Source: Veleropilina oligotropha (taxonomy: Eukaryota). Taken from it: a DNA stretch of 64,000 nt. The stretch spans positions 62,001-126,000 of the forward strand of contig JBEUKZ010000119.1 in assembly GCA_048128005.1 (NCBI GenBank), written 5' to 3'. Positions 22,069 to 32,730 of this stretch are shown one piece after another. The notes beneath the pieces were generated by a model. It had not been told where the DNA came from. It saw nothing but the letters and a program-made list of their open reading frames with translations, and did not search any database. The translations under genes were made by a program, and so were the position numbers. How positions within the stretch are numbered: position 1 is the first letter of the stretch; the number at the start of each line of letters is the position of its first letter.

Positions 22069-22659
22069 GAAACGACCGTGGGCGGCCATGGCTCGACGAC
22101 CAAACGCTGCTCGCAGCACGAGGAACCTGTCAGTGGCTCCATAGGGATGGCAAAGAAATGGGAGAGGCTTGCCGCGTTAGCCATCGGAGGGGATGCCAGC
22201 AAATACTTGGGGAGAAACCTCACGGTTGACCGAATCGACGATATGACTGACGACGAGGTTGAGAAACACCACGCACGGTATGAAGCGAAGCTAGGTGCTG
22301 ACACGACGAAGACCCTGGGGACTGCCGCTATACAGCTGTATGCGGGTGCAGCTGGGATGTTCTTGCCCATTCCGCCGGAGAACCAACCACGTCTGGTCGC
22401 TGACCTCGAGGCCGATCCTTTCATCGCCCATGCTCTCCGCGGTGCAAGCTATGAGCTGTATTATAAGTATGGCATGTGGCTAGCGCCACTGACCGCCGCG
22501 TTGACCACTGCGAAACACTGCCAATTTGGACATGTTTGCCCGCCTAAAATATCAGAGCGAGAGCGAGATCAAGATGACAACGCTGGAAGTGGACCAAATT
22601 TCGGCACCGAGCCCGCCGATAGAGAGGGTGACTTCTTCGACAGACTCATCAGTGAGTAA
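22030..22659 (+). CDS. Hypothetical helical protein (possible in-frame stop at 22066-22068, or start at ATG 22148)
   Basis: ORF 22078-22659 continues in frame with MDSLIDQLMDDE* from ATG 22030. Confidence 0.6.
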
Positions 22660-23077
22660 AAAGGACCCTAAGAAGGTCGCAGCGGGTCGGGCCGGTGCTG
22701 CTGCTCGGAAAGTCAAGCAGGAGAGGCTCCTTGCTGACGTTAGAAGACTCAAAGAAGACGCTCGACAAGTATCCGTCAGCGAAGTTCCTTCAGACCTACC
22801 GGAGGCACAGCCCCAACAACAAAAACACAGTGGTGCCCCCGCAGCTGAGGTGACCGCGGTCGAAAAGTCAGCTACACGGAAATCGGACCCAAAATTTAAT
22901 TGGACCCAGGTAGCCGTTGCTGCCGGTACGGTTGCATTGGTATTTGTTGTCTGGAGACGCAACAGTGGTCCATCCACACCACATCAACAGCCACCAGTCG
23001 CGGACGCCAGGCAGCCCCTTCCCACCCCAACCACCACCGAATTGAAGACTAGGCACAACCCGTTCCATATGCGATAG
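22574..23077 (+). CDS. Basic low-complexity protein with one TM segment (candidate core/virion protein)
   Basis: KKDPKKVAAGRAGAAARKVKQERL basic helix; WTQVAVAAGTVALVFVVWRR hydrophobic segment. Confidence 0.7.
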   Translation: MTTLEVDQISAPSPPIERVTSSTDSSVSKKDPKKVAAGRAGAAARKVKQERLLADVRRLKEDARQVSVSEVPSDLPEAQPQQQKHSGAPAAEVTAVEKSATRKSDPKFNWTQVAVAAGTVALVFVVWRRNSGPSTPHQQPPVADARQPLPTPTTTELKTRHNPFHMR

Positions 23078-23091
23078 TCTCAGTACGAAAC

Positions 23092-23331
23092 ATGACTACC
23101 CCGATTACTGATGGAAAGATGCTCGGCAACGCCGTCTATCACGCAGCTATAGTGTCAGGCCTTGCCATAGGCTACGCACGCCTGGGAAAAATGGCCTTCA
23201 AGGGAGCGAGCCCCAAACTTGACTTCACAGGGTACGATGTCGGGATGGTCGTCCTCGACGTAGCGCTCGCCATGGCGACGAAGGACATGCTGATCAAGCA
23301 AGGCATCATTCCGGCCGACGTTTTGAAGTAG
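23092..23331 (+). CDS. Small hydrophobic protein (79 aa)
   Basis: ATG ORF in the tightly packed + strand block; two amphipathic/hydrophobic helices. Confidence 0.7.
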   Translation: MTTPITDGKMLGNAVYHAAIVSGLAIGYARLGKMAFKGASPKLDFTGYDVGMVVLDVALAMATKDMLIKQGIIPADVLK

Positions 23332-23362
23332 TGGGACCTTGCTAGATAATCGCAGCATTTCA

Positions 23363-23794
23363 ATGGCTTCCATTGCGATGCTGGTTGGGGGCGCTCTCGT
23401 CAACGCCCTCGCCTTCAGCGGCTCCAACTTCCTCTTCTCGAAGCTACGCAGCTCCGGTGTTGATGCGGAGCGTAAACGTCACGACATAGCCGTAGAGCAG
23501 CTCAACGCCGCTCAGACTAAATGGTCCCAAAAGAGGGCAGAGCGTCTCGACTGGCTGAACGTTGAACTTCGCCGCCAGGGTCACGCTGTTGGGACATTCC
23601 GAGATGTTGACGCCGCTATCCGTGAGTATGCATTGATCACCGGCAAGAAACTTGACCCCACCGCTATAGGAGGTGGCCCTGAGCCCCAGCTGTCCGACTA
23701 CTACACGCCGAGCGATGACCAAAAGGGACGTGAGATCACCTTCATCATCCTCGGGATGGCTGCGACCGGGTTGGTAGCCTACAAGCTCGCCTAA
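23363..23794 (+). CDS. Protein with hydrophobic N- and C-termini and a central coiled coil
   Basis: MASIAMLVGGALVNALAFSGSNFLF...ERKRHDIAVEQL...ITFIILGMAATGLVAYKLA. Confidence 0.75.
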   Translation: MASIAMLVGGALVNALAFSGSNFLFSKLRSSGVDAERKRHDIAVEQLNAAQTKWSQKRAERLDWLNVELRRQGHAVGTFRDVDAAIREYALITGKKLDPTAIGGGPEPQLSDYYTPSDDQKGREITFIILGMAATGLVAYKLA

Positions 23795-23870
23795 TTATTT
23801 CTATAGTGAACATTTTGTTCGTGGGCATGTATAATAATGGGGCTCCCAGAAGAGCTGTACTGCGCCATGC

Positions 23871-24887
23871 TTGCGGTCGGCCTTGGTACTACGTTACTCG
23901 ACTGCTGGTGCCGCGACGAAAAGACTATGGTGCGGTTCGCGGTCCTGGTGCTCTCGGGCCCGACCAACCTACGGGCGACGACTGCGCAGCGACCGGCTCC
24001 AGAAGCTGAAGAGGCAGGCTATATGGCAGATCTATTTACCTGCGCCACGGCGGATTCCAAGACCACGGTTTGACGTTACGACGCCGAACGAGGTTCACCA
24101 AGCCGATCTCCTGTTTCTCCCCCACGACAAGGTCAGTCGTACAACGTATAAGTACGCTTTGACTGTGGTTGATGTGGCCAGTCGCTTTAAAGAAGCTGAG
24201 CCATTGGCCACAAAAGAGGCCAGAGGGGTTGCAGAAGCTCTATCTCGAATCTACAGGCGGAGTCCTCTTAGCTGGCCGAAATTGCTTCAAGTCGACCCAG
24301 GGCGAGAGTTTATGGGCACGGTCTCCCAGCTGCTGGCAAAGAATAATGTCGAGGTTAGGCGTGGCCGTGTGGATCTCCATCGCGATCAGGGCATTGTGGA
24401 GCGCTTCAACCGGACGCTCGCTGAGCGGCTCTTCGGGCACCAGTATGCAGTCGAGATGAGTTTTACAGAGTCTGCGAAAGAGGGTCAAAGGTCAACTGAG
24501 TGGGTCGCCCGGTTACCGGCCGTAGTTGCGGCCTTGAATGGGGAAGTGACCAGGCTGACCGGTAAAAAGCCCAAGGATGCCATCAAGGCACCTCGCGTTG
24601 CCCAAAAGCCAGGCGCCACTGTTCCAGACCGACAGGGGAAGGAACAGAAACTCCCCTCTGACGTAGATGTTCGATACCTTTACTACGATGGTGAGCTGGA
24701 GGGGGGTCGTCGCCGTGCTACTGACCCGGTGTGGTCTCTAAAAGTTTACAGGCTTGGACGCTCCATCACTAAGCCTGACGAGCCTGTGCTCTACTACTTG
24801 CTCGATGGACCACCGCGTGGGTTTGTTCGAGAGGAACTTCTCGTGGTGCCTCGTGATACCCAGCTGCCGCCGGTTCTCAGGCGTTAA
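23871..24887 (+). CDS. Retroviral-like (rve) DDE integrase of Polinton type; start uncertain
   Basis: HQADLLFL (D), YALTVVDVASRF, LQVDPGREF (D), QGIVERFNRTL (E). No in-frame ATG before WQIYLP, so the N-terminus may be frameshifted. Confidence 0.92.
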   Translation: MRSALVLRYSTAGAATKRLWCGSRSWCSRARPTYGRRLRSDRLQKLKRQAIWQIYLPAPRRIPRPRFDVTTPNEVHQADLLFLPHDKVSRTTYKYALTVVDVASRFKEAEPLATKEARGVAEALSRIYRRSPLSWPKLLQVDPGREFMGTVSQLLAKNNVEVRRGRVDLHRDQGIVERFNRTLAERLFGHQYAVEMSFTESAKEGQRSTEWVARLPAVVAALNGEVTRLTGKKPKDAIKAPRVAQKPGATVPDRQGKEQKLPSDVDVRYLYYDGELEGGRRRATDPVWSLKVYRLGRSITKPDEPVLYYLLDGPPRGFVREELLVVPRDTQLPPVLRR

Positions 24888-27800
24888 CAGCTGCTGCAGC
24901 CCCTCGTTTTCGGTTACATTCCAGACACGTTAAGCGCACGTTGTCGCGGATGTGGCCCCTGCTGTTGTCCACACGGTCGACACTGAACTGCTGTGTGTCT
25001 TTGGGCTGGTAGGCCCAGAACAGCTCTATGTTGCATGCCGCGCAGCGGTTGTTTTGGGCGTCTTTGAGCTGCAGGATGTTATCGACCTTCAGGTTAAACC
25101 CCGGGAGACCCTTGGCCTGGTCCTGGCGTTTGTACGCCACAAGCTTTTTCTGGATGGTCTTTCGGAGCTGTTGCTCGGTTTGGGGCGGCCTGTCCTCAGC
25201 ACCCTCATCCGGAGGACAGGTTACCCGTTCGAGCTGATGCAGATGCTCCACCCGGGACACGGCTAGGTAGGCGAGATTACTCCACTGAAGGTAGTCGTCG
25301 ATGATCCAGACTTTCTGTGGGTCGTGAATCGTAAGACCCTGGCTCGAATGGATGGTGAGAGCATAGCCCAGGCGCCAATCCGGGGTCAGGATAGCCCTCT
25401 CAGCGGCGTCAATCGTGACCTCAACGACGTCGTTTAGAACTAGCTCCTCTCTTTCGTCGGTGCCCGGAATCGTTACCATGATGTTTTGGTTACGGGTGTC
25501 CCTGTGGTGGTAAAGGATAGGTACCGGGGAGTCTGGGAAGTGCTTCTTGTGCCTCTGGAGCAACAGCTGTTGAGCCCGTTCGCGGACCTTCTGACGGCTG
25601 GTGAGGATTAGGTCGCCTGGCCTCCAGGTGTTGACGAACCGATCCCATCCAAGGCAGCTGGGGAGCGTCTTACGCATCTCGTCGCACTGGACTTTGTCGG
25701 GCTGGAGACGGATACGTCTTTTCAGGGCTTGGAGGGCAGGGTCGTCTTTCGCCCTGTAGTCTACTTCGATCTCTTCATAGTAGTCCGCGGTCTTTCGCAG
25801 CCAATCGTGCGGCATCTCGCCCGTAATCGGTGGTGGCTGGCCCTGGTCCCCACAGCAGATAACCTGCACTTCGTGCTGGCCCAGCCAGTCCAAGAACATC
25901 TCGAGGATGTGCCGCGGAACAGTACAGACCTCGTCCCAGATAATGACGCGCGGGATGAACTTCTGACCCATGCGATCAGGTGTCCAGTCGTTCTGGCCGC
26001 TCCATCGGAAGAAGCTGTGGTAGGTCTGGGCTTTGACACCCCTGGTCCGCATTTCTTTAGCGAGGCGGTGGGTTGGCGTGAACACCGTGGGATTTCTCGC
26101 CCGAAAGAGCTTGATCGCTCTCGTAGTCTTGCCACAGCCCCCTCCACCGTTGAGGTAACTCCGGCGATGGTGGGTCAGCGTGTCATTGTAGCATGGCGCG
26201 GTGCTTGGCTGGCTGGAATTGGCGGCACAACAATACTCTGGCTTGGGCAGGTATGCGGCATGTTCCTGTGGCATATACAGCTGTTCGCCCTTGTCACGCC
26301 ACTGGGCTGGTGCTACTGGCGGAAGGTACGTCTCCCCGATCAGACAAGAGATGCAAAATTTCTCGCCACAGTCGCAGAGTTGGGGGGCAACGTACACCGT
26401 GACATCGTCGAGCTTCTCCAACGAGGCCTTCTTGAGGTAGATGCTGTCAGTGGCTACCCGGACGGCTTCTGCTGCACTGAAACGCTGGAGCATGCTCAAG
26501 AGGTTTATGTGGGCATAGGCCAACATGCTGGCCCTCAGGTGGGCGTACTGAGGCTGGGAGCCATCATAGTACGTGAGGATGTGCCCCATAGGGCACCTTT
26601 GAGGTGCGCCGACCAGGGTACCGCTTTGGCGGGTGTCTCTTACCAGGAAGTCCAGCTCTCCCTGGTCAATCACCAGTCTACGTGTCAATCATTTACCGTC
26701 TGCCTTGGCGCCTTGGGTGAATTTGCCGATGATACTGCATCCCTGGTCACGATTCTCAGGAAGCCAGACATCGGTTTGCTTTCTGAACGCGATGATGGCT
26801 TCTCGGATCTTGAGGCTTTTTAGCAGTCCAGATTCTATGAGGAAGGCGAGCAGCGGGGTTGGTGCCCATCCATTCTCTGCAAAGTGCTTTCCGAACCAGG
26901 CGGGAATGACGGGGTGGATGTCTTGTGCGAACTCCCACCCCACGACCTCAGCAAACCCGGTGCCAATATCTTCGGGAAGAGGACCGTTAATTGCGACCCG
27001 GGTCATGCTGTGGAGTGGGTGTCCGAATCTTTCGAAATACAGCGTAGTCTCGCCCTTCCCCTGAAAGCTGGCAGGGTAGCAGGCTTTCATGCCGATGCAG
27101 CAGACATCGCCCGTATCATAGCCCATGGAATTCCAAAGGCCACCGTGGCCATGCTCTACGCAGGCCTTCTGGATATCATCGAGCAGGCCCGCCGGGGTCG
27201 GTTTCCAGCCGTTGGTCTCCTTGGCTATAATGCTAGCTGCATGGTTCACGCCAAAGGCTCGATCGGCTAGGGACTCGTTCCCCAGCGCTGTACAGGCTTC
27301 TTGGAGTCTCTCGTGATCATCTTTCGTCCTGTACGTGCGGCCGTCCTGAAGCACGAACTGGTTCACGTTGAGCTGTCGGTCTGTACCGCCAAGGAGCCAG
27401 ACAGCTAATGGCTCATTCTGTGTGGCTTGTCGGATAGCTTCCCAGACATTGCCCTCATACAGGTGGACCTCGCGAGACTGCGGAAAGTGTAGGTCCTTGG
27501 ACCATGCGTGGCCGTTGTGGCATATGAGTTCTATGGACTTCCACATACTGGCCTGGTATTTTCCACTGTTGAAGACGTCCTCGCCGGCAATATCTCTCAA
27601 GACGATCGCCCGTTTCAGGATCCTCTCGAGGATGGATATATCATCCACAGTGGCGCCTGTTACATGAACTCGCTCTTCCCACTCCTGTATTTTCTGCCGT
27701 CTTGTCGGGGTGAGTCCGTTTCCTCGCAGGGCACCTTCAAAGTGCTCAATCACTCTTTGGGCAACGCAGTTGAGGTCGCCGTTCTTCATCGGAACCAGAT

Positions 27801-28719
27801 TGGCGGGGTTTGGTTCTCTGAGAGGATAGACGCCGTAGACGACTGCAGTGACCGGGTAGGCATTCTCGTAATATACTTTGTCGACCCCAGTGATAGCACC
27901 CGGCTTAGTGTCATGGGATATCTCAAAGACACCCTGGCCCTTCTTCCTCGCAGCTTTCACCGGGTCAAACTTGTCTTCGACCATCCAGTCGCCCTCACTC
28001 CACTCACGCAAGAACTTTATTCTAAGGACATACTCGCCCTTTGGAAGGGCTGTGAGGAGCTGTGCCGCCCTTGCATCTGTCATACGGGCATCCAGGGCCG
28101 GTGCGATCTTAATGTCCACTTCTACCCTCCATGTGGAGAAAGCCGCCGCGGCGCCATCGACCTCAAACTCGTCTTTGGCGTCATTCCAGAGTTCCACCCA
28201 TGGCTCTTTTGCTGGGAGCCTTACTGGGGGAGGGACCTGGTCATCCAGGTCGATGAATCGTTGTCCCTCGGGTGTGGTAAATTGCCCTAGAAGATCCTTC
28301 TGGTAGTCCTGGGCTGTCCGGGGCGTTTTGGAGATGAGAAGATCGGGCCCCTTCCGAGCAATAGCATGGGCAAGGGTCTCTTTCCGAGACCACTTGACGA
28401 TTCGATCCGTGATGGCACGAAGTGGCTTCAGTCGAATCCCGGGCGTTTTCTCAGCCTGGGATTCGTATTTACGAGCCTGCAGGGCGGCGTCGACCTTGTC
28501 CTTAATCTGCCGCAACTCGCGAGCACGTCGGCCTCTTTTGTGGGGGTTCTCCACATCTCCACGTATGGAGGGGAACCTTCCCGTTTTCATCGCCCGCTCG
28601 AGTCTCCTCCGAAACTCCGCAGCACGGACCCCGGCTATTTCCCTGATGAGGTCGTTCTTCTTGAGCTTCGACCGAGCGGGAATCCCATAAGCTTTCGCTA
28701 AATTCCGCAGTTCATCCAT
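24877..28719 (-). pseudogene. ~1280-codon fusion: N-terminal helical DNA-binding-like motif, PolB-like palm, SF1 (RecD/Pif1-like) helicase, C-terminal HNH-like Zn domain; one in-frame TGA at 26689-26691
   Basis: PolB-like: GHGG...IGMKACYP (A), SIIGKF (B), VATDSIY (C). SF1: GGGGCGKTT, VFTPTH, TYHSFF, IWDEV, CGDQGQ, YRA, YALTIHSSQGLT, AYLAVSR. C-terminus: CAAC...SVDRVDNSRGHIRDNVRLTCLECN. ORFs 26689-28719 and 24877-26688 are contiguous and in frame. Confidence 0.85.
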
Positions 28720-28755
28720 GTTGCTGGGTGGGTATACACTATGGACAGCGCCTCT

Positions 28756-29043
28756 CTAATAGGAAATTTGGGTGAGGTATATTGCAGCCATGCGGAGAAA
28801 CTCTCTCTCGAAGGCCCTGCTCTTTCGTTGACAGTCCTTAACGTTCTCATTGTGATACCCACAGCCCTGACACAGCGTAAACCGGTTGAAAACGCCCTTC
28901 CCGCATTTGCTGCAGGGTTTTGTGCCCCGGCCATTTCGCCGTTGCCGAGCCAGGTGGACTTTGCAAAACTTTATCAGACATCTCTTACCGCATAACTCCG
29001 TGGAGCTGATGGTGAGCCATTGACAGGTGTCCGTTCCCCACAT
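28756..29043 (-). CDS. Small Cys/His-rich zinc-binding protein
   Basis: 95 aa from ATG; C-x9-C-x3-C-x4-C-x2-H followed by CxxC...CxxC; first gene inside the right TIR, upstream of the replication gene. Confidence 0.7.
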   Translation of the reverse strand: MWGTDTCQWLTISSTELCGKRCLIKFCKVHLARQRRNGRGTKPCSKCGKGVFNRFTLCQGCGYHNENVKDCQRKSRAFEREFLRMAAIYLTQISY

Positions 29044-29101
29044 CGTATCCTTTGCAGTGGGTATATCCTGTGATATGGGTATGTCTAAAAGCGAGCCCGG
29101 G

Positions 29102-29536
29102 CCGGCGAGGGTAACGGGCCGTCCCTACGGGCTCTGTGTACACGGTAACTTTTGTAATACACGCTATACCCTCGGGTCTGAACAGGTGCTGGGAGCCTCC
29201 ACGGCGGCCGAGGGCCCCTAGTCTACACCCCCTAGTTCCCACCAGTACAACCCTATCAGTTCTGAAATAGTGCTGGGAGCTTTATTTTTCCATTCTAAAA
29301 GGTATGGTCACCCCCCCCCCCCCCCTGCTGACTATTCTAAGCTACCCTAGTTTGTACACACGGTGACTTTTTGTAATACACGCTATACCCTCGGGTCTGA
29401 ACAGGTGCTGGGAGCCCCCACCCCCGGGCCCCACCCTAACTCCCTAGCCCCCCTCAGTAATACCAGCTCAGTTCTGAACTGGTGCTGGGAGCCTTATTTT
29501 CCCATTATAAAAGGTATGGTCACCCCCCCTGCTGCT
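29102..29536 (-). repeat. Right terminal inverted repeat
   Basis: Near-identical reverse complement of the left TIR from ~29140 to 29536; looser similarity back to ~29102. Confidence 0.95.
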
Positions 29537-29541
29537 TGTTG

Positions 29542-31400
29542 TAATATATTTAGCTATACTGCTTTCAAATTGGATTGTATATCCATAAAAACATTTGTGC
29601 GTGTGTTGCTTAGGTCACAGAAGCAGACTTAGGCGCATACTTTCAGTTCCTCAGTTTTGTTGGTATGTTGTATTTTTAAGCGAGATTTATGTTAGGCTCA
29701 TTATGTATGTTGCTTCTTGTTTTAACGCATTTACAATTCTTCGCGTTGATTTACAAACGAGTCAAGGTTTGAATAAATATATTTTAGACCAAAAACAAAT
29801 GCGGTTAGCTACTAGCAGTGTTGTTATATTTGCGGTTACTAACAGTGTTGTTATATTTGGCTTACTGTTGCTCTACTCCCGTTTTTCGACAGCCGTGTGA
29901 CATCGGTTGTTGACTCCGAAAGGTACTGGCTTGATTCCGCTGACGCGAACAGTAGTGGGTTCAAACCTCGGCAGAGACATCACACATTTGTTCAAGTTAT
30001 ACATCACAATTGTCCGTAACTGGTCGGAGAGGGTGGGTACGTGTGGGCGACCGGGCTTTCCTCCCGCGATAATATTGACATATCCTCCGTTGAACCAAAT
30101 GATGGTTGGAAACAATTTCTAAAGCAGAGACGAGTTATTGCCCCTTTCGTGTCCATATACAATATATGTTGCTGCTGCCCACGCCATGAGGTGAATCGCG
30201 TCATCCCGTTCGCGAAGACATTTTTTTATTTTTTTATTATTGGCACCCACATGTTAACACAAACACTCAGTTTATATGAAAATGAAGCGATGTCCCATGG
30301 CAAGTAGACGGATGCGATCACACGTGAATTAAGATCGTTTTAATTGTTTGTGGTGATCCACCGCTTATTAAAATGTAACATTTAATTTAGCCGTAAATAA
30401 ATATTAAATATATACTGAATAAATACGTGTGTAAGAGGGAGTCACTTGTTGGAAAGGCCAGTAGTTGGAATATAATGCATTTTATTTATGCCAAACGCCA
30501 CCAATGGTGACATAAACAATAGCACGTGTCGGCGTATGAACACATATACAGAACCACAACTTGGTCAATTCATTATTGTCGTCATACAAATCACTATGAG
30601 AAACAGATTTTCGTTTGAAATTAAAGTATTGCCACCCGCAGTTGCAGATTCAATGTAGTATAACACAGTCGACGCATGCGCAGGATATTGGGTTTGGTAA
30701 TATACATGATATTAATCATCGACCCTTCCCTTTTGTTTCCATATTTACTTTTATAAACTGTCACGTCCGTATGTCCATTTGCAAATATGGTCCTCTTCCG
30801 CGATCAATTCATCCTGTTTAGCCGTTGTCAGTTTTGTCATTTTTTTCATTTCTTCCCTTTGTGATTTGGTAAGGTCTGGTGCTTTGAACATCTTTTTTTA
30901 GAATGTGGTCTTCTTTGTCACTCATGTTTACTGCTCGTTTCAGCATTTCTTATTTGAAGAAGATCCTGATTTAGCGTTTCATTGATTGGTCGATGTCGCT
31001 TGTTTGGGTCAGTTGATATTAGACCCAGACACACCACATTGCTAATTTCCACTCCCTCCACATCTAGATGTTCTAAAAAAGTCAGACGCGATCTCAACCC
31101 GTCTTCAACATATTGTACAGTGTTCGGCTTATCTCCATAACATATTAATTTATTTTGGTCGAATATTTGTTCACCGTTTTGATTTGATGTTACATGAGTC
31201 ATTGACCTTGATCATATAACTCAACTAATGCGATGAATTATTGGATAGCTTTGTATGTTTTTAGTTCACAATGATTCCACGGCCTCAAATTGTATTTATT
31301 TAGCAGTTGTACAACATCATATATTATTTCATTCATATGTTGTGTCATATTGCAGTGTTATGGTGCAGTGTTGTACTTCTATAATACAAGTTTAATGTGT
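29542..31400 (-). mobile_element. Continuation of the CR1-like LINE remnant split by the Polinton-like element (APE N-terminus and ORF1)
   Basis: 29545-29885 is collinear with 1660-1945, and 30750-31260 with 1970-2750. Confidence 0.7.
29890..30088 (+). mobile_element. Diverged, truncated copy of the tRNA-derived SINE
   Basis: ACTGGCTTGATTCCGCTGACGCGAACAGTAGTGGGTTCAAACC and TTTCCTCCCGCGATAA are shared with the copies at 1218 and 2047. Confidence 0.8.
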
Positions 31401-31404
31401 ATCC

Positions 31405-31553
31405 TGTAACGGACAACTGTGATTCATAATTATTGAACAAATAATGTCATGTCCCAACCGAGATTCGAACCCACTACTGTTCATGTCATCGGTGTCAAGC
31501 CAGTGATTTTTGGAGTCTGAAATCAAAACCACACGACTGTCGGAGCGGCGGCC
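31405..31553 (-). mobile_element. 5' part of the tRNA-derived SINE
   Basis: Reverse complement contains CACTGGCTTGAC...AACAGTAGTGGGTTCGAATC (B-box). Confidence 0.7.
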
Positions 31554-32089
31554 CTTCAGCAGCATAAACGTAATCGCGTATTGCACATGTCTAGCCAAGA
31601 ACGATATATCAACCCACTTTTGCAAGTCTGTGGCAAAGTAGGCATCCATATACAGAAGACCTACCAGAACCAACAAATAAATGGGCGTGCACACATTGGA
31701 AATGGGAAAAAACGTCAATAAGTGGCCGGTCGGGGAGTTTCCTCAGACGACCTGGATTAATATCCGGGTATGATCCTGGTATGATCCTGGATGTTAAATC
31801 GGGACATGGACCATTGGCTCAGTCCACACCAAATCATCGCCCTCGTGTAGTTCTAGCCGATTTAAGTTCCCTGTGTGGGCCTTCAGCGGCTAGTTACTTA
31901 CGCATGATTGATATATTTCTGCCACAATGTTGGATCTGTTTCGATGCTACGGACACGGTCAAGTCTTTATGCTCGCTCATGTATTTCCAAAGCAGACGTC
32001 ACCAAATATTTCCCACCCTATGACATATTTATGAGCTAATGTAGGATTAATTGTCATGTTATTTGTTTCACAACACGATAACTACTTCT

Positions 32090-32730
32090 AAGGTACGATT
32101 GCAGACAACACACTGATACGGTTTCTCCTTTGTGTGGATGCGCATATGACCCTTAAGATCGCGCATTATAGAAATGCCTTGTTGCATACGCCATACTGGT
32201 TCGGTTTCTCTCCAGTATGGATTCGCATGTGGGTTCTAAGAGTGCTGGATTGTGAAAATTCCCCGTTGCACACCAAGCACTGGTGAGATGTCTCCAGTAT
32301 GGATGTTCATGTTATTCTTGAGGTCACCCGACTGTGCAAACCCTCTACTGCAGACAGCGCATTGATGCGGCTTCTCATTCGTATGAGTGCGCATGTGCGT
32401 CGTTAGGGTGCCTTGATTCGAAAATGTAACCGGATTGTGAAAATGCTTTGCCGCAAATACAACACCTGTGTGGCTTTTCTCCTGTATGAGAACGCATGTT
32501 CGCTTTAAGATTACTAGGTGCTGATAAGACTTTTGAACATACGCCGCATTGGTGCTGCTGAATCGTCTCGTGAGTGCGCATGCGCCGCTCAAACCGCTTT
32601 CCAGAATGAAGGATGTTCCGCATACATGTGGATTATTTGCGGTTTGGTTCCGTTCGTCCGACACGATATTAGGTTCCATGGTAAATCCCTGTTGCGTCGC
32701 CATACCCTGGTTGTTGACCAATCTGTAAAT
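32090..32730 (-). pseudogene. C2H2 zinc-finger pseudogene
   Basis: Frameshifted fingers: [41 protein letters not shown] and [26 protein letters not shown]. Confidence 0.85.

Larger units (their letters stand above)
14074..29536. mobile_element. Endogenous Polinton-like (Maverick/adintovirus-type) virus, full length, with a PolB-like/SF1 helicase fusion gene
   Basis: Termini 5'-AGCAGCAGGGGGGGTGA...TCACCCCCCCTGCTGCT-3'; TSD TGTTG (14069-14073 / 29537-29541); integrase, A32-like ATPase and capsid-like genes; intronless, densely packed and visibly more GC-rich than the flanks. Confidence 0.93.

Noticed and set aside
24877..26200. Autonomous Helitron Rep-Hel
   Set aside because: No HUH Rep motifs seen, and the helicase sits within TIRs and a TSD alongside integrase and capsid genes.
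24952..28701. Long plus-strand ORFs (e.g. 25729-26823, 27508-28290)
   Set aside because: Antisense shadows of the GC-rich PolB-helicase gene, with no motifs.
14074..29536. Contaminant or misassembled phage/bacterial DNA
   Set aside because: A perfect TSD and flanks that rejoin into a host repeat indicate genuine integration.
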